Shown: positions 48,164 through 58,037 of the stretch, piece by piece
Position numbering within the stretch: the first letter of the stretch is position 1
Layout: the number at the start of each line of letters is the position of its first letter
Assembly: GCA_018716975.1 (NCBI GenBank)
Contig: DVJE01000040.1
Location: 20,426-84,425 of the forward strand
DNA from: Candidatus Gallacutalibacter stercoravium
Lineage (GTDB): Bacteria; Bacillota; Clostridia; Oscillospirales; Acutalibacteraceae
Reading direction: 5' to 3'
DNA length: 64,000 nt
Program-made: the position numbers and the translations under genes
The notes under the pieces: generated by a model
The model's input: the letters and a program-made list of their open reading frames with translations, nothing else
Database searches by the model: none
What the model was told of the DNA's origin: nothing

Positions 48164-48273
48164 GCACAGCTTCCTTCTTTCCTTGAATACCTACGAAAAT
48201 TGAAAAGTGAAAGTCACAAAAGGAAAGCTTTAAAAAATCCGGGCCGATTAATACGACCCGGAGCGACGACAGA

Positions 48274-49827
48274 TTATTTTGCGTATTCAATGGCCCGGCT
48301 TTCGCGGATAATATTAACCTTGATTTGACCAGGATAATCCAAATCCGTTTCAATCTTTTTACAGATTTCACGGGCCAGGGGAAGCATTCGTTCGTCGTTA
48401 ACGACTTCAGGCCTCACCATAACGCGGATTTCACGGCCGGCTTGGATTGCAAAGCAACGCTCTACACCATCGAAAGAAGAGGCAACTTCTTCCAATTTTT
48501 CCAAGCGTTTGATGTAGTTTTCAAGATTTTCTCTGCGGGCGCCGGGGCGTGCCGCCGAAATGGCATCCGCCGCCTGTACCAAACAGGCGATAACAGTTTT
48601 TGCTTCTACATCACCGTGGTGCGCGTGAATAGCATGAATAACAGTTTCGTTTTCTTTGTATTTGCGGGCCACATCCACACCGATATCAACGTGGGAGCCC
48701 TCAATCTCGTGATCCAGCGCTTTGCCGATATCGTGCAACAGACCGGCGCGGCGGGCAATGGTGGGATCCAGCCCCAATTCTGAAGCCATGATTCCCGCAA
48801 GGTAAGCTACCTCTAGCGAATGATTGAGCACATTTTGCCCATAGCTGGTGCGGTAACGCAGCCGCCCCAACAACTTGATAAGTTCCGGATGAAGCCCGTT
48901 GACGCCCGCTTCAATTACAGCATGCTCACCGGCTTGCTTAATGGAAGCATCCACTTCACGGCGGGCTTTTTCTACCATTTCTTCAATACGGGCCGGATGA
49001 ATACGCCCGTCGGATATCAGCCGTTCCAAAGCAACGCGGGCGATTTCACGGCGAACCGGATCAAAGCTAGAGAGTGTAATGGCCTCGGGAGTATCATCAA
49101 TAATGAGATCGACGCCGGTTAAGGTTTCAATTGCACGAATATTGCGGCCCTCACGGCCGATAATGCGGCCCTTCATTTCATCATTGGGAAGGGGTACAAC
49201 CGAAATAGCAGCTTCTGCTACGTGATCGGCGGCGCAACGCTGAATGGCCAAAGAAATAATCTCTCGGGCGCGGCTATCGGCTTCGTCCTTGGTTTGCTGT
49301 TCGATTTCGCGGATCTTAACAGCCTTTTCATGCACCAATTCGCTTTCTAGGTTTTGCAAGAGGTAATCCTTTGCCTGCTCCATAGAAAAGCCAGAAATCC
49401 GTTCCAGCATTTCAAACTGGCTCTTTTTTACGGCTTCCGCTTCATTTAAGCGTTCTTCCACCTTTTTATTTTTTGCGTTTACCGCTTCTTCTTTGGCTTC
49501 TAAATGCTCAAGCTTTTTATCCAGCGTTTCTTCTTTTTGCTGAATACGCCGTTCTTGGCGCTGTACCTCCTTGCGCCTGTCGTTGATTTCCCGTTCCGCC
49601 TCAAGGCGCTGACGGTGAATCTCGTCTTTCCCCTCCAGAATGGTTTCTTTCTTTTTGGCTTCCGCTGTTTTGATGGCATCGCTTACCAAACGATTCGCTT
49701 CTTGCTCGGCAGATCCGATGGCGGCTTCTGCTACTTTCTTTCTATGAGAAACACCTGCGAGAAAGGCAATAATACCACTGATTATGATTGCTATAACGAT
49801 GATGAGTATCCATATCCATGTATCCAA
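48274..49827 (-). CDS. rny: Ribonuclease Y
   Basis: N-terminal TM, KH region ([12 protein letters not shown]) and HD domain (LLHDIGKA). I place the start at TTG 49827, 12 nt after GGAGG; the track extends to 49959. Confidence 0.92.
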   Translation of the reverse strand: MDTWIWILIIVIAIIISGIIAFLAGVSHRKKVAEAAIGSAEQEANRLVSDAIKTAEAKKKETILEGKDEIHRQRLEAEREINDRRKEVQRQERRIQQKEETLDKKLEHLEAKEEAVNAKNKKVEERLNEAEAVKKSQFEMLERISGFSMEQAKDYLLQNLESELVHEKAVKIREIEQQTKDEADSRAREIISLAIQRCAADHVAEAAISVVPLPNDEMKGRIIGREGRNIRAIETLTGVDLIIDDTPEAITLSSFDPVRREIARVALERLISDGRIHPARIEEMVEKARREVDASIKQAGEHAVIEAGVNGLHPELIKLLGRLRYRTSYGQNVLNHSLEVAYLAGIMASELGLDPTIARRAGLLHDIGKALDHEIEGSHVDIGVDVARKYKENETVIHAIHAHHGDVEAKTVIACLVQAADAISAARPGARRENLENYIKRLEKLEEVASSFDGVERCFAIQAGREIRVMVRPEVVNDERMLPLAREICKKIETDLDYPGQIKVNIIRESRAIEYAK

Positions 49828-49974
49828 AGTTAACTGGCACCTCCTTTTCTTCCTTTTTGTAAGATATAAAATTTTAGATAAAGAAATAAGGGAGCCTACT
49901 GCCGGCTTTGGGTGCGTTACGTCCAAACACGCAGGGCGGTGAGCTCCAAGAATGCACAAACGGCATCCTTCATT

Positions 49975-50003
49975 ATTGTATTACCTTCTGGGGGGGGATG
50001 TCA
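49975..50003 (-). promoter_or_regulatory. Candidate rny promoter TTGACA-N17-TACAAT with a C8 run in the spacer
   Basis: Read on the minus strand. The plus-strand G8 tract is at 49989-49996. About 145 nt upstream of the rny start. Confidence 0.45.
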
Positions 50004-50354
50004 AGAAATTTGTATAATTTGCCCCTTGGTTGCTTCATATTTGTGCAAGCTGTTTCATCATACTTTTTCAGGATTAGGAATATTGGAGGGGAATGTGCCT
50101 GCTTTTTCTTTAGCGCATTTTTCACAATGATCGAAAAAATCTTTGTTTTTTTGCTTAAAAATCTAACATTTTGTATGATAAAATTCCGGTAAAAAGTGAA
50201 ATTATTGATGTATTTGGCATATAATCCTAAATTTATAGTTGAATCTTAATGCTTTTGTGTTATACTATTTGAAATCGAAGGCGAATGGTTGATTGCTATT
50301 GGTAATAGCATTTTGTTAAGTTTAAAAGGCGAGTGAAGGAGAAAGAGAAAGCGT

Positions 50355-50852
50355 ATGGCGGTTTCGTCTCAAAGAAGGTTGCTTACATTACTTGCCCTGG
50401 TGCTTGTGACGGTGTTGGCCGCCATTATGCTTGTATTGGCTTACATGCCGCAAAACGCAAAGCAGGAGGAGTTGGCGCCGGACGAAGTTACGGATGAAAT
50501 TTTAACAGAGTTATCAATTACAGGTATGGTGCAGCTGCAAGCCGATCAGTTAGAAAGGCATTACAGTTTGCCAGAAGGGCTAGTAGAAGATTATTCGGTA
50601 TATGTTAGCACTTCACCAGGGAACGGGAGCGAACTGGCGTGCTTTCAATTAGCAGAGCAAGATGATTATGAACAATTGGAAGAAGCGATTGCCAAACATG
50701 TAGCTGAGCGCGCACAGGGCTTTAAAGAAGTAAACCCCGAGGCGTATCAACAAATTCAGGGCTACACGCTTTACCGCAATGGGGAATTGGTATTGCTGTC
50801 TATTACCGCAGATAACAAAGCGGTTGAAAAATATTTTATGGCCTTAGAATAA
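50355..50852 (+). CDS. DUF4358 domain protein (signal-anchored)
   Basis: N-terminal TM LLTLLALVLVTVLAAIMLVLAY. Family-like core: SELACFQLAEQDDYEQLEEAI...VNPEAYQQIQGYTLYRNGELVLLSI. Confidence 0.65.
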   Translation: MAVSSQRRLLTLLALVLVTVLAAIMLVLAYMPQNAKQEELAPDEVTDEILTELSITGMVQLQADQLERHYSLPEGLVEDYSVYVSTSPGNGSELACFQLAEQDDYEQLEEAIAKHVAERAQGFKEVNPEAYQQIQGYTLYRNGELVLLSITADNKAVEKYFMALE

Positions 50853-50861
50853 AATTTTATC

Positions 50862-50890
50862 TTGATTTTCTTTAACGTATATGATATACT
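50862..50890 (+). promoter_or_regulatory. tRNA-Gly promoter TTGATT-N17-TATACT
   Basis: Near-consensus hexamers 14 nt upstream of the tRNA 5' end. Confidence 0.6.
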
Positions 50891-50903
50891 TATTCATCGT
50901 TAA

Positions 50904-50977
50904 GCGGGAGTAGTTCAGTGGTAGAACATCAGCTTCCCAAGCTGAATATGCGGGTTCGATTCCCGTCTTCCGCTCCA
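50904..50977 (+). tRNA. tRNA-Gly (anticodon CCC)
   Basis: Hand-folded. Acceptor GCGGGAG/CTTCCGC, D-arm GTTC..GAAC, anticodon loop TT-CCC-AA, T-loop TTCGATT, encoded CCA. Confidence 0.88.
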
Positions 50978-50978
50978 T

Positions 50979-51020
50979 ACCTACGGCGTGCAGGGTTGCA
51001 CATCGTAGGTTTTTCTTTTT
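50979..51020 (+). terminator. Terminator after tRNA-Gly
   Basis: ACCTACG...CGTAGGT hairpin followed by TTTTTCTTTTT. Confidence 0.7.
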
Positions 51021-51482
51021 CCTAATCCTCGCATTTTATTGAAAAATATCTTCTTTATTCAGGTAAATAGTAGCGCTGTTTTGCAAAATGATTTATGCGG
51101 CACATTTGCTGATCGTTACAGAAGACCATAGCAAGTGTGCCCTATCATAATGCCCAAAACTTTAGTGCGCTAATTCGGTAAAGTTTTCACTTGGTGAAAT
51201 AACGATATATTCTATAAACCTATTCTATAGGCCTATTAATGGTAGGCATGTAGAATAGGTGTGCTATTTAAGTGATTTAAACTCACTACTATTCACATAT
51301 CTGGGGACCAATCGGCAATCAATAAAAGGATTGCTGGTATAGAAAAAACCTGTAGCACCTTGCTATAGAGGGGTTTGTCTATTTTGGCGTATCCGGTATG
51401 AGAATATTTTTTTCACATTTTTTGTAAATGGTTTTTAGGCGCTTCGCCTTTAACATAAGTTTAATGGATTTGGAGGAAGAAG

Positions 51483-52581
51483 ATGGATAAGCAACGAATT
51501 TTTTGGCTGGATGTTGCCAGAGCATTGGCGATTACCTCAGTGGCATTTAACCATGCGCTCAATCGGGTATATGCCACTTTTTCTGGCCAACTGGAAGAAA
51601 CGATGGTTCTTTCAAGTTTTTCTCTGGGTTTTAAAACCTTCATTAGTATTTTTAGCAGGTTAGGAGTGCCGTTATTTTTGATGATAACCGGCGCTTTAAT
51701 TTTGCAAAAAGAGATGAACGCAGAGAAAAACGTCAGGCGCTTTTATAAACATAATTTGCTGCCTTTGGTGATAACAGCGGAGATTTGGTATGCACTTATG
51801 TATGTTTTTTACTGCGGTGAACAGTATGTGCTGCAGCACAACCCAATGCCGTCTATAGGGGAGCTGTTGCTGGGCTTTGTTAAAAATCAATTGCTCATTG
51901 ATCAGCACACTTTTGGCAGCATGTGGTATATGCCCATGATTATAGGCGTTTACTTGATGCTTCCGTTTTTTTGCGCATTGGTTAAAAAACTATCATGGAA
52001 AACAATGTTGATTCCCTGCGCAGCTACGCTATTTGCCACGATGATTATTCCGAATTTAAATAGCTTTTTTTGCCGTGCAGGAACTGGGGATCACCTTGAA
52101 TTTTTCAGACGATTTTGCCAGTTTGCCAATGTATCTTTTGTATGTGTTTGCCGGCTATTATATTAAGCAAGGGGTTATGTCGAAAATACCGGTGGGCTGG
52201 GTTGCAGTTGGGGCCGTTTTATCGTTTGGCATTTGTTATGCCTACCAATGCTATGTTTACACACAGCCCTATGATTATTTGGTGTCGTATCAATCTGTGG
52301 GTTTGCTGATATGCGGTATTTTCTTGTTTGAACTACTGCGCCGTGTGGTACGTGGGCAAAACCGGTTGGTAACCTATATTGCTAAAATTGCTTTCGGCAT
52401 TTATTTTGTACACATTGTGCTGATGCAATTTGCTATTGCGGTGGTGGATTTTTCCTTTTTAGGGCAGCCGGTGCGTATTTTGGTGCTTGCGTTTGGTTCT
52501 TTAGTGGCCAGTGTGCTCATTATTTTTATTACGGCGAAAATACCTTTATTGAAAAAATATTTGTATTTAGTTAAAGAATAG
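51483..52581 (+). pseudogene. Acyltransferase family 3 (OatA/Oac-like O-acetyltransferase) split by a +1 frameshift at a T7 tract
   Basis: Track ORFs 51483-52166 and 52075-52581 are the N- and C-terminal halves of one polytopic acyltransferase_3 protein (MDKQRIFWLDVARALAITSVAFNHA...). The frames switch at TTTTTTT (52065-52071). Removing one T gives ...NLNSFFAVQELGITLNF... Confidence 0.75.
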
Positions 52582-52662
52582 GGTAGTTGCACTATTGTTT
52601 GTTCCCGCTCGTTCGGTAGCAACACAAATCCCAGCACAAAAAAGCGGCGCATTTTGCTGCAA

Positions 52663-52893
52663 TCAAGCCTTATCTTCGCCGTCGTCTACTGGCAAGGTCG
52701 CTTTCGCTATATTGAAAAGCTCGTCTTTTTGCTGTGGCGTTAATTGTTGAAATAACGAAAGCAGTTGCTTTTCAGCGGCTGAAAGAGAAGAATGACAGGG
52801 TGAGGCGGCTAGGTGCTTCATTTTGCTCTCTGTTTGATTACTGGACGGGCATTCAGCTGGTTTATGTTGCTTGCAATGCTTTATGTCGTTCAC
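52663..52893 (-). CDS. 76-aa hypothetical protein
   Basis: GTG start preceded by AAGGGGGAA. No recognisable family. Confidence 0.4.
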   Translation of the reverse strand: MNDIKHCKQHKPAECPSSNQTESKMKHLAASPCHSSLSAAEKQLLSLFQQLTPQQKDELFNIAKATLPVDDGEDKA

Positions 52894-53110
52894 TGTAGTT
52901 CCCCCTTAGAATCATTATACCGGGTATAGCTTGTGCGCAGAATATCCCCACAAGTGAAATACTAACACTTATGTGAATAAAAATCAATAAGAAAATCTTA
53001 AAATTTGCAAGTACAATCCCGCTGGCGTGTAGCCCGCCGGTTGCCGGTAAGGTGCGTATAGAGAAAAAGAGTTGTCAGCGTTATGCTGACAACCCGAATC
53101 AGGAGGCAGC

Positions 53111-53150
53111 AAAAAGGAGGTAGACACTTTTTCGTGTCTACCTCCTTTTA
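53111..53150. terminator. Bidirectional terminator hairpin
   Basis: AAAAA-GGAGGTAGACAC-tttttc-GTGTCTACCTCC-TTTT. It would end the udp-containing minus-strand transcript and any plus-strand transcript. Confidence 0.7.
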
Positions 53151-53374
53151 TACGGTCGATATGAGCAAATACAAGCAAAGCGGCGGCGATAAGAAACTGG
53201 GTAGCTATTGCATTTATAACCGCTCCCGTCTCTGGTTTCATACAAGAAAAAATCAGTGTAAACGTTGGCGGAAAAGAACCCCGGAACATGAGCGGTATCC
53301 ATTGCACTTTGTCGCAGATAAAACCCGCCGGTGTGGCCGTAAGTTTAGAAAGGGGCCGAGCGTTACCCTTTGCA

Positions 53375-54151
53375 CTATTTTCCGCTGCACTTATCATCTA
53401 AAATTAATTGACGCATAGCGGCAACGGCAGCCTGAATGGCCGGTGTGGTATCGGAAACATGGGGATTGGGCAACCCTTGCCGTTCCCGTTCTTGGTTCCA
53501 CAAGGCCAATAGTACCGCCCCTGTACGCAAGCCGCGCGTAGCACCCACTGTAAACAGGGCAGCGGTTTCCATTTCAGAGGCCAAAGCCCCCGCGCGGATC
53601 CATGCCTGCCAATTATTTTCCAGCCAGGGGGCGCTGGGCATAGATTGTGGTGCATGCTGGCCGTAGAAAGAGTCTTTGCAGTGCACCACACCGGTATGGT
53701 AGCCAACCTGCATCTTTTTTGCCGCGTTTACCAAAGCTTGCAGCACAGTAAAAGAAGGAACGGCGGGGAAGGCGAGCGGGATATACTCCTGCGAAGTACC
53801 TTCGGCGCGAATTGCACCGGTGGGGATGACGAGTTCCCCTGCTTGCACTTGGGTTTGCATTCCGCCGCAGGTGCCTACACGGATGAAAGTGTGCACCCCG
53901 ATTTGCGCCAGCTCTTCAACAGCAATAGCGGCGCTGGGGCCGCCGATGCCGGTGGAGGTGACTAAAACGCGCTCCCCTTCCAACGTGCCGCACCAGGTGG
54001 TAAATTCGCGGTTTTGCGCCACAAAAGTAGGGGCATCGAGTAAAGAGGCAATGCGTTCCACCCGGCCGGGATCCCCGGGCAAAATGGCGTAGCGGGCGCT
54101 CTGATTGCGGGTAAGGGCCAAATGGAACAAACTCTCTTTGCTTATTTGCAC
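53375..54151 (-). CDS. udp: Uridine phosphorylase (PNP_UDP_1 family)
   Basis: ARYAILPGDPGRVERIA...VTSTGIGGPSAAIAVEEL...IRVGTCGG...EMETAALF. Confidence 0.85.
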   Translation of the reverse strand: MQISKESLFHLALTRNQSARYAILPGDPGRVERIASLLDAPTFVAQNREFTTWCGTLEGERVLVTSTGIGGPSAAIAVEELAQIGVHTFIRVGTCGGMQTQVQAGELVIPTGAIRAEGTSQEYIPLAFPAVPSFTVLQALVNAAKKMQVGYHTGVVHCKDSFYGQHAPQSMPSAPWLENNWQAWIRAGALASEMETAALFTVGATRGLRTGAVLLALWNQERERQGLPNPHVSDTTPAIQAAVAAMRQLILDDKCSGK

Positions 54152-55164
54152 GATTTATCCCCTCCCGTTTGCGCCTTGCCCGCATCATCTAAAAATTCAT
54201 CAATGATGAATTTGGGGCGGGCTTTGCTTTCCATATAGATTTTGCCGATATATTCGCCGATGATGCCGATAGCAAGCAGCTGTAAGCCGCCGATAGCCCA
54301 CACGGATACCACAATACTGGTCCAACCGGCCACTGTTTTACCGCACAAATATACAATAAAGAAATAAAGCAGCATTACGATGCTGATGGTAAAAATAACA
54401 ATGCCCAAAGTGGTGATAAAACGAATTGGTTTTACGCTAAAAGAGGTGATACCGTCAAAAGCAAAGCTGAGCATTTTTTTAAGAGGATATTTCGATTCCC
54501 CGGCGAAACGGTTATGCCGCTCGTATTCTACCACATCGCTTTTAAAACCAATTAACGGCACAATGCCGCGTAAAAAAAGATTGACCTCTTTAAAATTTTG
54601 CAGCTCATTGAGAGCGCGGCGGCTCATTAGCCGGTAATCTGCGTGGTTATACACAACATCTACGCCTAGCCCGCTCATCAGTTTATAAAAGCTCTGGGCG
54701 GTAAAACGTTTGAAAAAGGTATCGGTCTTGCGGCTGCTGCGCACACCGTAAACAACGTCGCAGCCTTCGTAATATTTTTTTACAAATTGGTCGATAACGC
54801 CGATGTCGTCTTGCAGGTCGGCATCCAATGAAATGACCATATCGGCATGCTCTTTGGCTGTCATCAGTCCGGCCAACAAAGCGTTTTGGTGCCCGCGGTT
54901 GCGAGAAAGGCTCAAGCCCAGCACCAAGGGATTGGCATCGTAAAATTGCCGGATAAGCCCCCAAGTATTATCCTTAGAGCCGTCGTTTACATATAAAATG
55001 CGGCTTAAGGGAGAGATGAGGCCTTGCTCTATCATACCGCGCAGTTTATCGGTGAGCTGGCGGGTGGTTTCGGCCAGCACAGCTTCTTCATTGTAGCAGG
55101 GAACCACCAAGTAAAGTACCTGCGCGCTATCCGGGAAAATTACTGCTGGTTGCTGGGATTGCAT
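54142..55164 (-). CDS. GT2 polyprenol-phosphate glycosyltransferase (GtrB/CsbB-like, two C-terminal TM)
   Basis: LVVPCYNEEAVL...YVNDGSKDNTW...RNRGHQNALLAGL...DADLQDD plus C-terminal TM helices. Overlaps udp by 10 nt. Confidence 0.85.
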   Translation of the reverse strand: MQSQQPAVIFPDSAQVLYLVVPCYNEEAVLAETTRQLTDKLRGMIEQGLISPLSRILYVNDGSKDNTWGLIRQFYDANPLVLGLSLSRNRGHQNALLAGLMTAKEHADMVISLDADLQDDIGVIDQFVKKYYEGCDVVYGVRSSRKTDTFFKRFTAQSFYKLMSGLGVDVVYNHADYRLMSRRALNELQNFKEVNLFLRGIVPLIGFKSDVVEYERHNRFAGESKYPLKKMLSFAFDGITSFSVKPIRFITTLGIVIFTISIVMLLYFFIVYLCGKTVAGWTSIVVSVWAIGGLQLLAIGIIGEYIGKIYMESKARPKFIIDEFLDDAGKAQTGGDKSCK

Positions 55165-55185
55165 GCCATACGCCTCTTTCTGTTT

Positions 55186-55237
55186 AAATTAAGAAAGGCC
55201 GGCAAAAGGCAATAAAATCCTTTTGCCAATACCGGCC
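55186..55237 (-). terminator. Hairpin with T-tract downstream of corA
   Basis: GGCCGG..CAAAAGG...CCTTTTGCCGGCC hairpin followed by TTTCTTAATTT on the minus strand. Confidence 0.55.
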
Positions 55238-55502
55238 CTTGTATTTACCAACATTATACACATATCTATAACTTGTATCAAGTTTTAACGGATATACATA
55301 AAACCGCCGAAACAAGACTTTGTGCGTAAAATTTACAAAGTGCTTGCCTTGGCGGTTCACTGTTTTTTAGGCGGTACTGCCCGGCCTATCGTTCGCTTTT
55401 GCGCATTTTCAAAAGGATAACCCCAAATAAGCGAAAATGCAACCCGGGCCTTATTCTTTTTATCAATTCGGAAAAAGGCAAGAGTATCTCGTGCGGCTGG
55501 AA

Positions 55503-56429
55503 TTACAGCATGTCCTTTTTGTGCAGAATAAATCCTGCCAACAACATGCATATCAGCGAAAGCACCATGGGGAACCACCAAAACTGAGCAAAGGGGAGCC
55601 CCTCTACGTTCATGCCGTATAACCCTGAGATAACCGTGGGGATAGAGATGATCAAAGTGATGGAGGCCAGAACCTTCATCACGATGTTCAAGTTGTTAGA
55701 AATCACCGAGGCGAAAGCGTCCATTGTGCCGGAAAGAATATTCAGGTAAATGCCCGCCATTTCAATAGCCTGCTTAATTTCAATCAGCACGTCCTCAAGC
55801 AAATCCTGATCTTCTTCATACATTTTAATATACCGGCCGCGCATCACTTTTTCTAGGGTGGTTTCATCCGCCTTTAAAGAAGAAGAGAAATAGACCAGGG
55901 ACTTTTCAATCTCTAAAAGCTGAATGAGCTCTTTGTTTTTCATGGATTTGCGCAGCTCACGTTCCACATGGTCGCTAATGCGATCAATTTGCTTTAGGTA
56001 CTGCAAATATTTGGTGGCCATGCGCAACATAATGTGCAGCACAAAATGGGTTTTCAGGTTGGTGTGCACATTGCGCAGCGCGCCGTCGGCAAATTCGCTG
56101 AGAATAGGATTATCGCGCAGGCAAACGGTGATAACATTTTTTTCGGTTACCAGCACACCCAACGGCATGGTGGTATAAGAGATATTTTTTTCCTTTTTTT
56201 CCACCACTGGTATATCGATGATAATAAGGGTGGTGCCGTCTTCCGAATCGATATGGGAAGACTCCTCTTCATCCAGCGAAGCACGCAAAAAATCGGGTTC
56301 AATGTTGAAATCGGAGATTAGGCGGTTGATTTCGTCTTCCTGCGGGGCGATACAGTCAATCCAACACCCCGGCTCATATTGTGCAATGGGCGTAATCCGC
56401 CCGTCAATGGTTTTGTAGTAGTTAATCAT
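55503..56429 (-). CDS. corA: CorA family magnesium/cobalt transporter
   Basis: YGMNVEGLPF (GMN motif) and two C-terminal TM. GGAGGTG SD before the ATG at 56429. Confidence 0.9.
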   Translation of the reverse strand: MINYYKTIDGRITPIAQYEPGCWIDCIAPQEDEINRLISDFNIEPDFLRASLDEEESSHIDSEDGTTLIIIDIPVVEKKEKNISYTTMPLGVLVTEKNVITVCLRDNPILSEFADGALRNVHTNLKTHFVLHIMLRMATKYLQYLKQIDRISDHVERELRKSMKNKELIQLLEIEKSLVYFSSSLKADETTLEKVMRGRYIKMYEEDQDLLEDVLIEIKQAIEMAGIYLNILSGTMDAFASVISNNLNIVMKVLASITLIISIPTVISGLYGMNVEGLPFAQFWWFPMVLSLICMLLAGFILHKKDML

Positions 56430-56544
56430 GTTGCACACCTCCTTTTCTCTGTACGCGCAAGCAGTCCCAGCAGCTTATCTATTGCCTATCCGGCTAAAAA
56501 AGCAAAAAAAGAAACGCCTGTATGGGATAACGCGTCCGCACACC

Positions 56545-56572
56545 ATTATAACATAAAATAGAAAGATTGCAA
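56545..56572 (-). promoter_or_regulatory. corA promoter TTGCAA-N16-TATAAT (TGt extended -10)
   Basis: Read on the minus strand, about 115 nt upstream of corA. Confidence 0.55.
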
Positions 56573-56717
56573 GCGAATTAATCTAATTGCAAGATTTGTG
56601 TAAAAAATAGGGAGTATTCAGCAGTACAAGCCTAATTTGCTTAAATTCGGCCTAAAATTAGGTGAAACGTCTGTTTTTGTTCGCTTTTTATTAAACGGTA
56701 CTCATAGGTAACAGATA

Positions 56718-56752
56718 CAAAAAGAAGAGCCGCTTTTTTAGAGCGGCTCTTC
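56718..56752 (-). terminator. Terminator of metK
   Basis: GAAGAGCCGCT...AGCGGCTCTTC hairpin followed by TTTTTG on the minus strand. Confidence 0.8.
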
Positions 56753-56785
56753 TGAGCGTATCGTGCTTCAATTTTCGTTATTCTG

Positions 56786-57970
56786 TTATTGATGCAAAGC
56801 GGCTTTTAAAGCATCTACCTTATCCAATTTTTCCCAGGCGACGTTGAGCTCTTCACGCCCCAAATGCCCATAAGCAGCCAGCTGACGGTAAATCGGAGCC
56901 CGCAGCCCTAAATCACGGATGATGGCGGCGGGGCGCAGATCGAAAACACGTGATACAGCGTCGGCCAACGCATCATCGGCAACCTTACCTGTGCCGTACG
57001 TGTCTACCAGAATAGACACCGGGCGGGCCACACCAATGGCGTAAGCCAGTTGCACCTCGCACTGAGAAGCCAAACCGGCCCCTACAATATTTTTGGCCAC
57101 ATAGCGGGCAGCGTAGGCGGCGGAACGATCCACCTTAGTGGGATCTTTGCCCGAGAAGGCGCCGCCGCCGTGGCGGGCATATCCGCCGTAGGTATCCACA
57201 ATCAATTTGCGCCCGGTCAAGCCGCTGTCGCCAACAGGGCCGCCTACCACGAAACGTCCGGTAGGGTTAACATATACCTTTGTGGACGAATCAAGAAGCT
57301 CAGGCGGCAGTTCGGCCTTGATGACATGCTCCAAAATATCAGCCCGGATTTGCTCTAAGGTGACGTCGGGATCATGCTGGGTAGAAACCACCACAGTATC
57401 CACCCGCACCGGGCGGGCGTCGTCATACTCCACGGTAACCTGGGTTTTGCCGTCGGGGCGAATATAAGGCAAGGTGCCGTCTTTGCGAACCTTAGCCAAC
57501 CGTTTGGCTAGCCGGTGGGCCAGCGAGATGGGCAACGGCATTAGCTCGGGGGTTTCATCGCAGGCATAACCGAACATCATGCCCTGATCGCCGGCGCCTA
57601 ATAGATCCTCTGCATCCGTTTCGCCGGTTTTGCGCTCTAAGGATTCATTTACCCCCATAGCAATGTCGGGCGATTGCGCGTCGATAGACGTGATAACGGC
57701 ACAGGTGTTGCCATCAAAGCCACAGGCGGGATCATCATAGCCGATGCCCTTCACTACATCCCGCGCTACAGCGGCGATGTCTACATAGCAAGTTGTAGAA
57801 ATTTCACCCATTACATGAATCAGCCCAGTGGTTGCAGTGACCTCGCACGCCACATGGGCGTTGGGATCTTTTTCTAAAATTGCGTCCAGAACAGCGTCGG
57901 AAATTTGGTCACACACTTTGTCAGGATGCCCTTCGGTGACCGATTCAGACGTAAAGAAACGTTTTGCCAT
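56786..57970 (-). CDS. metK: S-adenosylmethionine synthase
   Basis: [32 protein letters not shown] and [26 protein letters not shown] before the ATG at 57970. Confidence 0.97.
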   Translation of the reverse strand: MAKRFFTSESVTEGHPDKVCDQISDAVLDAILEKDPNAHVACEVTATTGLIHVMGEISTTCYVDIAAVARDVVKGIGYDDPACGFDGNTCAVITSIDAQSPDIAMGVNESLERKTGETDAEDLLGAGDQGMMFGYACDETPELMPLPISLAHRLAKRLAKVRKDGTLPYIRPDGKTQVTVEYDDARPVRVDTVVVSTQHDPDVTLEQIRADILEHVIKAELPPELLDSSTKVYVNPTGRFVVGGPVGDSGLTGRKLIVDTYGGYARHGGGAFSGKDPTKVDRSAAYAARYVAKNIVGAGLASQCEVQLAYAIGVARPVSILVDTYGTGKVADDALADAVSRVFDLRPAAIIRDLGLRAPIYRQLAAYGHLGREELNVAWEKLDKVDALKAALHQ

Positions 57971-58037
57971 TTTGCTCCTCCTGTTAAAAAATTCATTTGT
58001 TCCCAATGCTTAGCCAAATGCTCCACTACCATGCAAC

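Noticed and set aside
52595-52625. Possible att-like repeat of the tRNA-Gly 3' end (TTCCCG...)
   Set aside because: Only a 6-nt exact match followed by scattered identities. This is indistinguishable from chance.
52984-53397. 137-aa minus-strand ORF downstream of udp
   Set aside because: It reads straight through the strong terminator hairpin at 53116-53145 and has no SD at any internal Met. I treat the region as untranslated, as described in the finding for 53150-53420.
55297-55360. Long imperfect hairpin AAACCGCC...GGCGGTT in the corA 3' region as a separate sRNA or terminator
   Set aside because: The stem is interrupted by several mismatches. The T-tract is offset by 5 nt on the plus strand and weak on the minus strand. 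I cannot assign a strand or function from sequence alone.
56440-56720. M-box riboswitch upstream of corA
   Set aside because: I read the minus-strand leader fully. It is only about 105 nt from the best promoter and lacks the conserved M-box core sequences.
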